Shown in pieces: positions 9,200 through 20,589 of a stretch of DNA of 39,962 nt. A program made the translations under genes and the position numbers. Below the pieces are notes generated by a model. The model was given only the letters and a program-made list of their open reading frames with translations. It did not search any database and had not been told where the DNA came from. The number at the start of each line of letters is the position of its first letter. Positions within the stretch are counted from its first letter, which is position 1. Source of the DNA: Octopus sinensis (taxonomy: Eukaryota); the NCBI RefSeq assembly GCF_006345805.1, contig NW_021835388.1, forward strand, positions 1-39,962, given 5' to 3'.

Positions 9200-12100
9200 C
9201 CACTATGTCTTGAAGTTAGCAATTCATCAAGCTAACAATAAAAGTATGCAATGGGTCTGCTATATCAGAGGCAAGATGAACACAAACCCAACAAAACAAA
9301 AGTAAAGGAGAACGAAGAGTCAAAGAAAGGAAAGAAGAAACAATCGAAAATACTGGTAAGAAATGGAGGACCCCCAACAGAAGCTATAGGAGTTGAAGGG
9401 CAAAAGCAGGAGCACTCACAAATTCTACCTGCAAGGACACTGCTGGTACAGTGATTATTGTGCAAACTGTCGCTTTGCACACCAGAAGGTCTGCAAAAAC
9501 CACATGGGCCCCAGACAACACTCCCTTCCCTGAGGAGGACAAAAGGAAAGGCAATAGAAATGTAAAAATAGTGCACTGTCTACCTCCGGAAGATGATATG
9601 CAGATGTAGTGCATGACCAAGCAAACGGCCAGCTTCACCCAGACGTGAAAAGGGCAGCAGCTGAACAGCAATCTTTTTTGTGCATGATACAAAAGATTGT
9701 CCAGCAACTGACCTGGCTTCAAACCCAACCAGGAGCTATGCCTGCCACCACACAAGGCCATCACCAACAACAGATACAGAATGGTCCACCACTAACACCA
9801 ACACACATATCACAAAGATATTTCTTTTGCATATAGGTGTTGCATGGCAACTGTAAATCAAAAATCTTGTTCCTGAGAGACCTTGTGGCATGCAATTAAG
9901 CTTTATGCATGGCACTTGTAGAAATGCATCTTAGACTTGATATAGGGGATGCAGAAATACATCTATTAGAATATGTTGTCATATTCTAATTCAGTGTGTG
10001 ACACTCAAATTGAACACATATGACAACTTAATTTTGTTATATGTACTACATATCACCCACCAGATGCTCCGAGTCATACGGGCAAATTTGAAGACTACCT
10101 AACAAAGATAAGAGAAGTTCTCATCAAACTGGAACAACACATTAATGTATTCCTTTTAGGTGACATTAACTTCCCAAACATGGGATGGCCTGGAGGCCAG
10201 ATTCCCCCAAGAATGACACGCTAACAGCAAGCACAGGCAGAGTCCCTGCTCCACCTTACCAATGCCTCTTTCATGGAACAAATTGTGCTGCAACCAACCA
10301 GATCAAATAATATACTGAATCTCTGCTTCACAAACAATAGGGACATTATCCATAATGTTAAATTGACACTGACACTGATCTTGGATCACAATATAATAGA
10401 GCTGTCTATGTATGGTCCAAAAGCTCCTGCAGACATACAGCCTATACGAAGCACCCAAAATCTCTCCAAACTAAACTTTCACAAAGAAAATTGGAAGCTG
10501 ATTGAGAAAGAGATCCTCAAGCAGGATTGGCCTAAATGTCTCTCCACACCAGATATTGACATGAAACACAAACATTTCATGTCTATATTACAAGCCATAT
10601 GTAACAAATCAGTCCCATTGTGCAAGGCCAACATACACCAAAACAGGATCCACAGAGAAAGGAAGATTCTTTTGAGACGTTGGACAAAGATTAAGAACTG
10701 CCTGAGCAAACATCCCCAAAGTAGTGAGAAACATATGAATCAATCTCATGAAAAGGAGGGAGCAAATAAAGAAGCTTGGGTTATAGAAAATATCAAGTCA
10801 AACCCTAAAGCTTTCTTTAAGTTTGACAAAGAAACAGCCTCAATATGCCACAAGACAGGACCCCTCTTCCAAAAAGATGGCTCCCTCACAGGAAACCCCA
10901 TAAGTGAAATACTGAACGAACAGTTCCAAAGTGTGTTCACTATACTGCTGGGACACAGACAAGTAAACAAACCAGCAGAACTCTTTGCCACATTACTTAA
11001 AACCAAAGAGGTTAAAAAAATTTAGTACATAAACATTGAAGAAGAAGATATAATATTGGCCATAGATGAAGTTAATACAAATTCAGTGGCTGGCTCAGAT
11101 GAATATCCAGTGGTCCTACTCAAATCATGCAAGCAAGCCCTTACAAAACCACTGCAGATTCTCTTCCAGAGCTTCCATGCAAGTGGTAAACTCCCAGAAA
11201 AACTGAAGAAAGGGATAATATACCTTATCCATAAAGGGAAGAAGCAGACCAGATGCCGAAAACTATAGGCCTATCTCTCTGACCTCACACATCAGTAAAG
11301 TCATGGAATGAATAGTCTGCAAGAAACTAATCACGTTTCTAGAAGAAAATGACTTGCTGACTGACACCCCGCATGGATTTCGTCCAGGTAGAAGCTGTCT
11401 GAATTTTCTCCTGCAACACTACACTGGGTGTTAAAACAGCTGCTGAATGACTTGAGCATGAATATGATATATCCCAACTTTGCAAAAGCCTGTGATAAAG
11501 TTGACCATGGTATGATATGTCACAAACTGCATGATCTTGGCATATGTGGAAAACTTGGAGAATAGCTGCACAAATTTCTAAGGGATAGATGTCAGACAGT
11601 AGTGGCCAATGGAGCCAGATCCAAAGAAATACAAATTGCAAGTGGTGTTCCATAGGGCACTGTCTTGGGGGTCACTGCTATTCATAGTGGCCCTCTCAGA
11701 CATGCCCTCGACTGCACAGATAGCCATCCTTGCTAGCTATGCAGATGACACAAAAGTCTTTCAGACAATGCAAAATCCTGGAAACATTGCACATCTGCAA
11801 TGGAAGTTGGACGCAGTATACATGTGGGCTGAGGACAACAACATGCTGTTTAATGCAAGAAAATTCCAGGCCCTACGCTACCAGCACACAAAATTAAATG
11901 ACATGCAGACAGGATACACTGGACCAAGAGAAACTGAAATCCTTGAATTAAAATTAGTGTGTGACCTGGGCATTTACATGAGCAATGATGCATCTTTCCA
12001 AGTGCATAATACAAATTTAGTAATAAAATGTAGACAGCTAGCTGGATGGATCCTCCGAAATTTCAAAACAAGAGAAAAAGAGACTTTAGTGATCTTTTGA

Positions 12101-12720
12101 AGGACATACATTCTCATCCACTTGGACTACTGCTCCCAACAATGGACACCACACACTATAAAACCCATGGTGAAACTCGAAGCAATCCAATGAAACTACA
12201 CTAAGAAAATCATCTTGATACAACGTATCAGCTACTAGGAAAGATTGAAAGAATTAAAAGTCTTCTTCCTGGAATGAAGGCGAGAGAGATATGCAGTGAT
12301 ATACATCTGGAATATCCTAGAAGGCCTTGTACCAAACTTTGGCATTGAAAGTTACTCAAACTGCAGAATGGGGCACCACTGCATAGTGCCAAAGATCCCA
12401 GAATCACCATCAAAGTACAGAACCAGATACTGCATCAGCTTGGTCTTCAAGGGCCCACACCTCTTTGATATATTTCCAAAATGCCAGAGAGACCTGTGTA
12501 GTGTAGATGTAAGTGTCCTTAAAGCAAAACTGGATATCTTCCTGTCACGAGTTCTAGAGGAACCTACCTCATGGCAGGGAACACAGATGAGGGCTGCAGC
12601 ATCAAATTCCCTCATTGACCAGATGCCACAGATCAGAGCACATTCCAAATAGTGGTGCAGCTCAGTCAACAGTGGTGCCCCAGCATGACTGCAGCTTTGC
12701 AGCTGAAACACTTTAAAATA
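9200..12720 (+). mobile_element. Near-full-length decayed CR1/L2-group LINE (ORF1 CCCH-finger remnant, APE endonuclease, RT, 3' tail)
   Basis: KFYLQGHCWYSDYCANCRFAH at 9417-9482; EN motifs (FLLGDINFP, PTRSNNILNLCFTNN); RT motifs (NYRPISLTS, FAKACDKVDH, YADDTKV, FNARKFQ, DLGIYMSND); tail gtggtgccccagcatgactgcag at 12672-12694. Many stops and frameshifts. Confidence 0.92.
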
Positions 12721-12741
12721 GTTAAAACAAAATAGTTACAT

Positions 12742-13028
12742 ATAATAATAAGAAAATGTTAAAAACAGTTTACAAGTAAAAACCTTAGAAAATATTAAAA
12801 AGTTCATTAAAAATATTAGGATTTCATTAAAAATAAGATTGTCAAAAGTAAAATGTGAAAGCTTTGTAAGACCTTTTTTGTGTTAAATACTGGTTGTCAC
12901 AAAATATTACAATACATATATACATTCTTTGATAATAATAAGAAAATGTTAAGAACAGTTTACAGGAAAAATCTTGAGAAAATATTAAAAAGTTCATAAA
13001 AAATATTAGGATTTCATTAAAAATTATG
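12742..13028. repeat. Imperfect ~95-bp AT-rich direct repeat, ~190-bp period
   Basis: ataataataagaaaatgtta..aacagtttaca..aaaatattaaaaagttcat..aaaatattaggatttcattaaaaa at ~12742 and ~12932. Confidence 0.8.
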
Positions 13029-13164
13029 TTTGTTTGGAAGTATCTTTATATATACACAGAAATTTATGAGTTCAAAAAGGTCATATTTTGGTGGTATATA
13101 TATATATACACAAAAGGAGATACATTTAGGAGTTTACAAAGAATTTGAGATGGACTGACGGGTC

Positions 13165-13253
13165 AAGTGAATAAACATCTTTTAAAATTGCATTTTCAAA
13201 CCTTCTTTCATCTATATATATATATCTTTATATATATATATATTTATATATCA

Positions 13254-13285
<32 letters not shown>

Positions 13286-13345
13286 CAATATATATATATA
13301 TATCAATACATAAATACTTATATATCAATATATATGTATATATAA
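13165..13345 (+). repeat. Copy of the pLTR-like arm also present at 30941-31143, running into a (TA)n tract
   Basis: aataaacatcttttaaaattgcattttcaaaccttctttcat is shared with 31103-31144. Confidence 0.7.
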
Positions 13346-13449
13346 ACTTATATGTGTTTTGACCAAAGATTGGTCCAGGCTATGTCTAACTTAATAGAAC
13401 CACCTGATAGGATTATCTAAATCCTTTTTAAGTCAAGTTTTGTGATATC

Positions 13450-13700
13450 ATGCTCCATTCAAGTAGTGAGTTCTTGTTGAGTGAGTTGTATCAGTAGCTT
13501 ATCTGGTATTCCTTGAAGAAATTTGTCCAGACTCCGTTTAAAGGTGATAGAATCCTTTTTCTCTTTGGTCAGTTTTGGGACAATGTTAAACAGGACAGGG
13601 CCTGTTGAGTAAAAGAAATTGTGTCGCAGGGTACTTATATGTTCTGATCCTGAATTGGTCAAGGGACATATGGTCCGTGGTCCCAGCTTTGGATGAACCT
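13450..13700 (-). mobile_element. 3' fragment of a related CR1/L2-group LINE ORF2
   Basis: Translation STLRHNFFYSTGPVLFNIVPK...FKRSLDKFLQGIPDK parallels SLGFRGPQLFNVLPK...LDLFLSGVPDEP of the copy at 33035-33301. Confidence 0.7.
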
Positions 13701-13718
13701 TAAAGCTAATGTTCAGGT

Positions 13719-13763
<45 letters not shown>

Positions 13764-14360
13764 CACAGATTTTTATTCTGTCAAAATATTTCACTATTTC
13801 TCCATTGTTTCTTACTTCTTGATGATGTTAGAGTTAATATCTGTAGTAATTTTCAGTCATATCAATTATTTTGCTTAATATACTTTCTGTGATCTTTGTG
13901 CTTATCACCAATTTATCATTTTCATATCCTGATAAAGATGATGTTTTGAACCTAACCTTGTAAGGAATTAATAACAGTGATGTAGTGTAGCTGCTGTGCT
14001 CATAAATTGAGTCCAAAGACTCAGGTTCAATTCACAGCCGATCTCAACAAATGCATAAATGTTATAATATCCAAGCATTCACCCACAGAATCATAAGTTT
14101 GGTTGATAAATATGTATGACCTAGGATTAAATAACAACATTGTAAATTAAGAATCTTGATAGAAATGTTTCTAGTAAGCATGAGATAATGGCATTGAGTT
14201 TGGTTGATTCTGCTGGCGCACGTGGAAGAAGGGTTGTTCTTGTATGTGAGATGCCAGCGCAAATATGATAGAACCAAACTACCAGCCAGGAGTCCTTCAG
14301 AGAAATGAAGAGAAAGGAACTCAATTAAGCATGGTGCCAGCCACATTATATAAGGGACAA

Positions 14361-14594
14361 CAAGGTGGCGAGCTGGCAGAAACGTTAGCACGCTGGGCGA
14401 AATGCGTAGCCGTATTTCGTCTGTCATTACGTTGTGAGTTCAAGTTCTGCCGAGGTCGACTTTGCCTTTCATCCTTTTGGGGTCGATAAATAAAGTACCA
14501 GTTACGCACTGGGGTTGATGTAATCGACTTAATCTGTATGTCTGTCCTTGTTTGTCTCCTCTATGTTTAACCCCTTGTGAGCAATAAAGAAATA
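14361..14594 (+). mobile_element. SINE-B (tRNA-derived), full length, with 14-bp TSD
   Basis: B-box-like gagttcaagttc; central gcctttcatcctttyggggtcgataaa; TSD tatataagggacaa at 14347-14360 and 14595-14608. Confidence 0.9.
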
Positions 14595-14639
14595 TATATA
14601 AGGGACAATCAGATGTAGTGGAGAGCTCCTGTTAGAGGG

Positions 14640-15130
14640 AGCCTATTTATTCGACCAATCAGAGACTAAGTAGAGCTGTAAACTTACAGGGTCATTTGAG
14701 CCTACCTGAGATTAAAAATGTATGTTTTAAGCTAATGCTAATGCAGTCATGCTACAAAGTCCTTTTCAGTTTGAGCCTCATTGTCACTAAGACCAAATTA
14801 TGATCACTGTTGACACCAACACCAAGGAAAGACCTAGTCCTAGCCTTCTTGATGCAGTACTTGAACTTTTGAGGCCCAAGAATGAAGTCAATCTGGTTGT
14901 GAGTTTTGCTTTTCGGTGCATGCTATGTTGTTCTGCATGGGGTCCTGTGAGGGAACAGAGTGTTGGTTAAGGTCAGCTTGTGAGTGCTAGCAAATTCTAG
15001 GAGTTTCACAGACCATTCTCAACCTCACCCTGGTAACTGCTTCAACTGGCAGGGTAAACTTAGTGAGGGACTGAACACTTAGAGAGGAGATGGGCACTAC
15101 CAAGCTTTTCTAAGGTCCACTGAAATGCCG
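14640..15130 (-). mobile_element. RTE-clade APE endonuclease fragment
   Basis: Minus-strand translation LLEFASTHKLTLTNTLFPHR...KTHNQIDFILGPQKFK...RTRSFLGVGVNSDHNLVLVTMRLKLK. Confidence 0.8.
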
Positions 15131-15295
15131 TAATTGGCACAGAGTCATGTTTACTTAATACATATTAGATAAAGAGAAAGTAAAGAAAATAAGGTTGGAA
15201 TTATTAAAATTCAATGTTGTTTTTAAATAGGTTTATTCATGAGCAAATATATCTGTGCACACACACACACACACACACTTACGCACATGAATACA

Positions 15296-15531
15296 TATTT
15301 CTTTACTACCCACAAAGGGCTAAACACAGAGAAGACAAACAAAGACAGACAAACGGATCAAGTCGATTATATCAGCCCCAGTGTGCAACTGGTACTTAAT
15401 TTATTGACCCCAAAAGGATGAAAGGCAAAGTTGACCTCGGCAGAGTTTTGAACTCAGAACGTAGCGGCAGAGAAAAACCGCGAAGCATTTCGCCCGGCGT
15501 GCTAACGTTTCTGCCAGCTCGCCACCTTACA
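15296..15531 (-). mobile_element. SINE-B, full length, with TSD
   Basis: Same family as 14361; TSD cacatgaataca at 15284-15295 and 15532-15543. Confidence 0.9.
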
Positions 15532-16304
15532 CACATGAATACAGATACTAAAAAGAGGGAGAGACAGACATAGAAAGAGAGAGAGGTATTGCTGTTACAA
15601 CATTAATCCAATGAATCATTACTAAATAAGCACCACCTCATTTTTCCTTGCTCTCCCTCTTCCTCTCCATCATTCCGCCCATGTCTCTTTTTTTCTTCTT
15701 CTTTTCATTAGTTGACTCGGACCCCGCTCCCTCTCCTATTTACTTTCAAACCTTTATTCGTTTACTGATTTCTGTCATTGAACTCCAACAATGCTAGTAC
15801 AACCTTGAAGGTTTAATCTGTTATAATAGCTCCCAGTATTCACAGTTTACAGCTTACTTTCCTAACAACCTCTATTAGTGAATCCACTAAGTTGCTGGGA
15901 CATACTAAGACAGCATAAACAATACCAGCTTAAATGCGCACACACACACATATTATATATATATGAAACATCAAATTGATGGACATGGTACCGAAACAGA
16001 AAGTCTTATTTAATGCAAGCTGAATAAGAAGAGAATTAATTTAGATAAAATGAGTTCAGATTTGTGTCAGGATGAAATACTATCCTTGGGCTTTTGAAAC
16101 GAGTTTAAGCACAAAGGAAAAAATATATATATATATATATTAAAAAAAAAAGGATGTGAGAACAACTCTGATACACAAAAGGAATGTTTTGTTGCCCCAA
16201 CACAAAGCACAACATGTCATTAATGCACATTTTCATTTTTCCTTCCCCTCTCTTCTCTTTCAATTATATTGCCTATGAGTCTTTTTTATTTTCCTTGCTC
16301 TACC

Positions 16305-16450
16305 TCAGTGACGTCGCTTCCAGCTCTTCTTGTTCTGTGGTCAAGTGCCACTGAGGTCAACTTTACTTTTTATTCTTTTGCAGGTGAATGAAGTAAGTAC
16401 CAGTTCAGCATTGGGGTCGATGCAATTGACTTCCCTCGCCCCTCATAAAT
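16305..16450 (+). mobile_element. SINE-B, older diverged fragment
   Basis: ctgaggtcaactttacttttta...aagtaccag..cattggggtcgatgcaattgactt. Confidence 0.6.
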
Positions 16451-16704
16451 GCTGGCTTTGTACCAAAGTTAGAAAGGATTGTTCTGACTCAGTTCACATC
16501 ACTTGTTTTCCTTTAATACCGTCAAAACACATGCACTCCCACACAAAGACTTTTTCATGTGATCACTATAAAATATGAAGAGATTTGTTTTTGCGTGTGG
16601 CTGTTGCATATCACAACCACAGGAAAACTTCTAAGACGAGAAAAGTTCTAAGGTGAGAGTAAACCACTCATACTTAGCAACCTGGAGAATACCTCTGAAA
16701 TATC

Positions 16705-16734
16705 ATCATCACCACCACCACCACCACCACCACC

Positions 16735-16768
<34 letters not shown>

Positions 16769-17000
16769 TCATCATCGTCATTTAATGTCTGTTTTCCATG
16801 CTTTCATGGGTTGAACAGTTTGACTGGTGCAGGTAAGTTTATGGGCCACACCAGGCACCACTGTCCATCCCAGCATACTTTCTATGACTGGATGTCCTTC
16901 CAAATGCCAATCACTCCATAGAGCATACTGGGTATTTTTAAAATGGTACCAACATGAGTACTTTTTACATGGCACCATGCATTGCATTACGTATATCATG
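16705..17000 (-). mobile_element. Repeat family D copy with expanded (CAC)n/(CAT)n tail
   Basis: catcatcgtcatttaatgtctgttttccatgc..gggttg..ggatgtccttccaaatgccaatcact. Confidence 0.7.
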
Positions 17001-17064
17001 TTGCAGTAGTCGTTAATAAAAAAAAAAGGGTGGAGATAAAAGATTGTGAGAGCCAGTTGCCATC

Positions 17065-17290
17065 TATTTCTTTACTACCCACATGGGGCTAAACACAGAG
17101 AGGACAAACAAGGACAGACAAACGGATTAAGTCGATTATATCGACCCCAGTGCATAACTGGTACTTAATTTATCGACCCCGAAAGGATGAAAGGCAAAGT
17201 CGACCTTGGCGGAATTTGAACTCAGAACGTAACGGCAGATGAAATACAGCTACACATTTCGCCGGGCGTGCTAATGTTTCTGCCAGCTCG
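17065..17290 (-). mobile_element. SINE-B, full length
   Basis: Family match; candidate 9-bp TSD gttgccatc at 17056-17064 and 17291-17299. Confidence 0.9.
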
Positions 17291-17357
17291 GTTGCCATCA
17301 CCAAGGGGACAGTTGGCAATGTATTAGTAAAGAGTTTAGCATGCTAATGTTTCATAT

Positions 17358-17558
17358 TTCTAAACATAGAGGGGACAAACAAAGGGATTAAATCAATTAC
17401 ATCGATCCCAGTGCGGAACTGGTACTTATTTAATCGACTCTGAAAGGATGAAAGGCTAAGTCGACCTTGGCGGAATTTGAACTCAGAAGGTAGAGGCAGA
17501 CAAAATACCGCTAAGAATTTCGCCCGGCGTGTTAACGATTCTGCCAGCTCGCCATCTT
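17358..17558 (-). mobile_element. SINE-B, 3'-shortened copy
   Basis: gaaaggatgaaaggc..gtcgaccttggcggaatttgaactcag..ctgccagctcgccatctt. Confidence 0.88.
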
Positions 17559-17894
17559 AGAGAGTGTAGTGTGCTGGTAGGTATTCATTAGGGCTCAGTT
17601 CTCCAGCTCCCCCTGTTTATTATAGTTCTTTGCTGTAACAGCAGAGATACTTATCAAGTGAAGTTTTATGTGATACAAATTTATTCATATAACATAAATT
17701 TGTTATAACCAGGTGTATTTACTCTTAGGCTGCCAATTATAGTAAACTGAATGACAACACGGAGCCTCAGTTGTTGGCTCCTTACCAATGAAGTATTTTT
17801 TAAACTCAAAGTTCTATGTTATCAAGCAGCCCTTGTCAAGCAGTCCAATACTAAACGGCTTTTCACTTATGACCATTCCACCTTTTTTAGGTGT

Positions 17895-18390
17895 AAACAT
17901 CATCATCGTCATTATCATCGTCATTTAACATTCATTTTCCATATTAGCAAGGGTTGGATGGTTTGACAGAAGCTGGTAAGGCCTGGAGCATACCGGGCTC
18001 CATTGTCTGTTTTAGCATGGTTTCTACAGTTGGATGCCCTTCCTAATGCCAAACACTTTTTAGAGTGTACTGGGTGCTTTTTTATGTTACCAGTACTAAT
18101 AATGTTGCTAAGTAGCTCACAAGAGAGGACCCTTTCATTGAGGTGGATGCAGTATAAAGGGAGAGGGCTTGTGTTGTGTTAAAAGGCAAGATTATGATTG
18201 AGAGATAGGAACAGGTGCTGTAGAGGAGATATATGGTAATCCCAGTTGGAAAAAGGAGAGAAGATGATGGTGTTGATGAGGTGTCAGGACATACCTTCAA
18301 GGTTCAAGAGGATGAATTTGATGGTGATGGGGACAGGGGAATGGGTAAGTTTGCTTAAGTGTGAGGTGAACAAAAAGTAGGATGAGGAAG
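17895..18390 (-). mobile_element. Repeat family D copy
   Basis: catcatcgtcatttaacattcattttcca..gggttggatggtttgac..ggatgcccttcctaatgccaa. Confidence 0.7.
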
Positions 18391-18569
18391 GGGATATTGG
18401 AATTCACTGAAATGGTCTTTTTTTACTTGGTGCCTCACTGAAACTATTGACATATTCTGATGATATAATCTTTAATCCTTGTTCCTTCATTAACTCCTCT
18501 GTCTTAAAATAGACTGTGCTAGTCCCAATTTTCAGTGTTTTACCGTCACTAATTTTAAAGATTTCCCCA

Positions 18570-18740
18570 GGCATAGGAGTGGCTGTGTGGTAAGTTGCTT
18601 GCATATGAGTTACATGGTTCCGGGTTCAGTCCCACTGCGTGGCACCTTGGGCAAGTGCCTTCTACTATAGCCTCGGGCCGACCAAAGCCTTGTGAGTGGA
18701 TTTAGTAGACGGAAACTGAAAGAAGCCCGGCGTATGTATG

Positions 18741-18773
<33 letters not shown>

Positions 18774-18993
18774 GTATATGTTTGTGTGTCTGTGTTTCTC
18801 CCCCCAACATTGCTTGACAACCGATGCTGATGTGTTTGCGTCCCCATAACTTAGCGCTTCGGTAAAAGGAGCCCGATAGAATAAATACTAGGCTTACAAT
18901 GAATAAGTCCTGGGGTTGATTTGCTCGACTAAAGGTGGTGCTCCAGCATGGCCGCAGTCAAATGACTGAAACAAGTAAAAGAGAGTAAAGAGA
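18570..18993 (+). mobile_element. SINE-A (tRNA-derived head, internal TA/TG microsatellite, LINE-derived tail), full length
   Basis: ggcataggagtggctgtgtggtaag..gggttcagtccc head; tail ggtggtgctccagcatggccgcagtcaaatgactgaaac at 18934 onward. Confidence 0.9.
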
Positions 18994-19334
18994 GAAACAA
19001 TAAATATTTTGATTTCTTAATCTTTCCTTCCTACCTGATCTACAGATTATATTCTCTCTCTTACTCATCTTCCTCTACCTTGAAGAGTACATTCTGGTAC
19101 TCTGTTACCACTATCCTTTATCTCTCTTTCTACTACTACCAGTCATCCTCACATAATGCAGTGTAGCTATGAATCTCGTCTATAGCAAGACACTTGTGCT
19201 TGCCTTCCTTCTTCATACTTTAGTTTTCAACCCCTGTGATAAAACCACCACCTCCTCTCTCAAATACACTCCCATTTAACCAAGAGGGCTTTTCCTTTCT
19301 TTATTTTGTCTTGCAAGTTACTCAGCAACTTCAA

Positions 19335-19760
19335 CAATGCATGACAAAAAGCACCCAGTACACACTGTAAAGTGGTTGGTATTAGAAAGGGCATCCAGTT
19401 ATAGAAACCAATGCAAGGCTGACATTGGGACCAGACACTGCTCTGCTGTTCATCAGATCCTATTTCTTTATTACCCACAAGGGGTTAAACATAGAGGGGA
19501 CAAACAAGGACAGACATAGGTATTAAGTCGATTACATCGACCCCAGTGCGTAACTGGTACTTAATTTATCGACCCCGAAAGGATGAAAGGTAAAGTTGAC
19601 CTCGGCGGAATTTGAACTCAGAACTTAACGGCAGACGAAATACCGCTAAGCATTTCGCCCAGTGTGCTAACGTTTCTGCCAGCTTGCCACCTTACTGTTC
19701 ATCAGATCCTGTCCAACCATCCATCCATCCCATGCTAGTAAGAAAATGTACATTAAACAA
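19335..19760 (+). mobile_element. Repeat family D copy interrupted by a SINE-B
   Basis: aaaagcacccagtacacactgtaaagtggttgg..gaaagggcatccag resumes after the SINE as gtccaacc..cccatgctag. Confidence 0.75.
19462..19694 (-). mobile_element. SINE-B nested in repeat D, with 16-bp TSD
   Basis: Perfect TSD ctgttcatcagatcct at 19446-19461 and 19695-19710. Confidence 0.92.
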
Positions 19761-20144
19761 TAATGAGGAATCTATAACAGCAAAACAAATCCCATACCAA
19801 CTTGCTGGCATTCTCAGATTAGAGAAATTTTTATATGTTCAGTGTGAACTTTTGGTGGCTAATGATTGTAAAGGGAAAAAAATGGGGAGGAAAGGAGAAA
19901 TTGAAACTGTGGAGGGACAGGTTGGTAAAAGGAGAATAATTAGGTGCCGTGGGTTAGCTTGCTAATTCAGAAGTACAGAGGCTGTTTTAGTAAAGTTATG
20001 TAACTTTAGCATCTTTGTTTCAGATGGTCAAGTAATGTAACTACAGTTTTTGTGTTACTTATTTTTCTTGTTTTAAATGCCACCATGATATTTGAATGGT
20101 ATTTGAAAACAACATCAAATACTTCTTTTATTCTGTAAAAGTGT

Positions 20145-20360
20145 AGAATATGTGAGTGTTTACTGAGCGAAAACACCTAAAGCTCCACGAAGCTCCAGCA
20201 GGGGGTGCTGGCGATCTCTGCTGCAATCTTTTGCCACAACTTTCTCTCACTCTTTCTTCTGTTGGCCTGCTCGCTTAGCCAGCGGGGTGGTGTCATTTGA
20301 AGGCTAAAACAGTGCAAAGCGCGTTGTGACCAGTGATGTGTAGCAACATCTGACTACACC
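20145..20360 (+). repeat. Unclassified GC-richer interspersed repeat fragment (probably a SINE body)
   Basis: gtgagtgtttactgagcgaaaacacctaaagctccacga.. block, which I recall as a common octopus repeat; single copy here, so unverified. Confidence 0.35.
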
Positions 20361-20589
20361 TAGCAGCACAGAATGGGAAATCTATGTAGGTTAGGTTTGA
20401 CGAGGAAATCGAAACATTTCTCCTGCGAAACAATACTGATGTAAGAAGGTTGAACCTTTCGTTATAACAAACACTAAGCAAAACCTGTAATATATGCTCT
20501 TTAATATATTAATTTTTTTAATGTTTTAAAATGTTATTTACCTCATTTATAAATTAATTCAATTCTTCGATCTTTCTGGGCAAATATAT

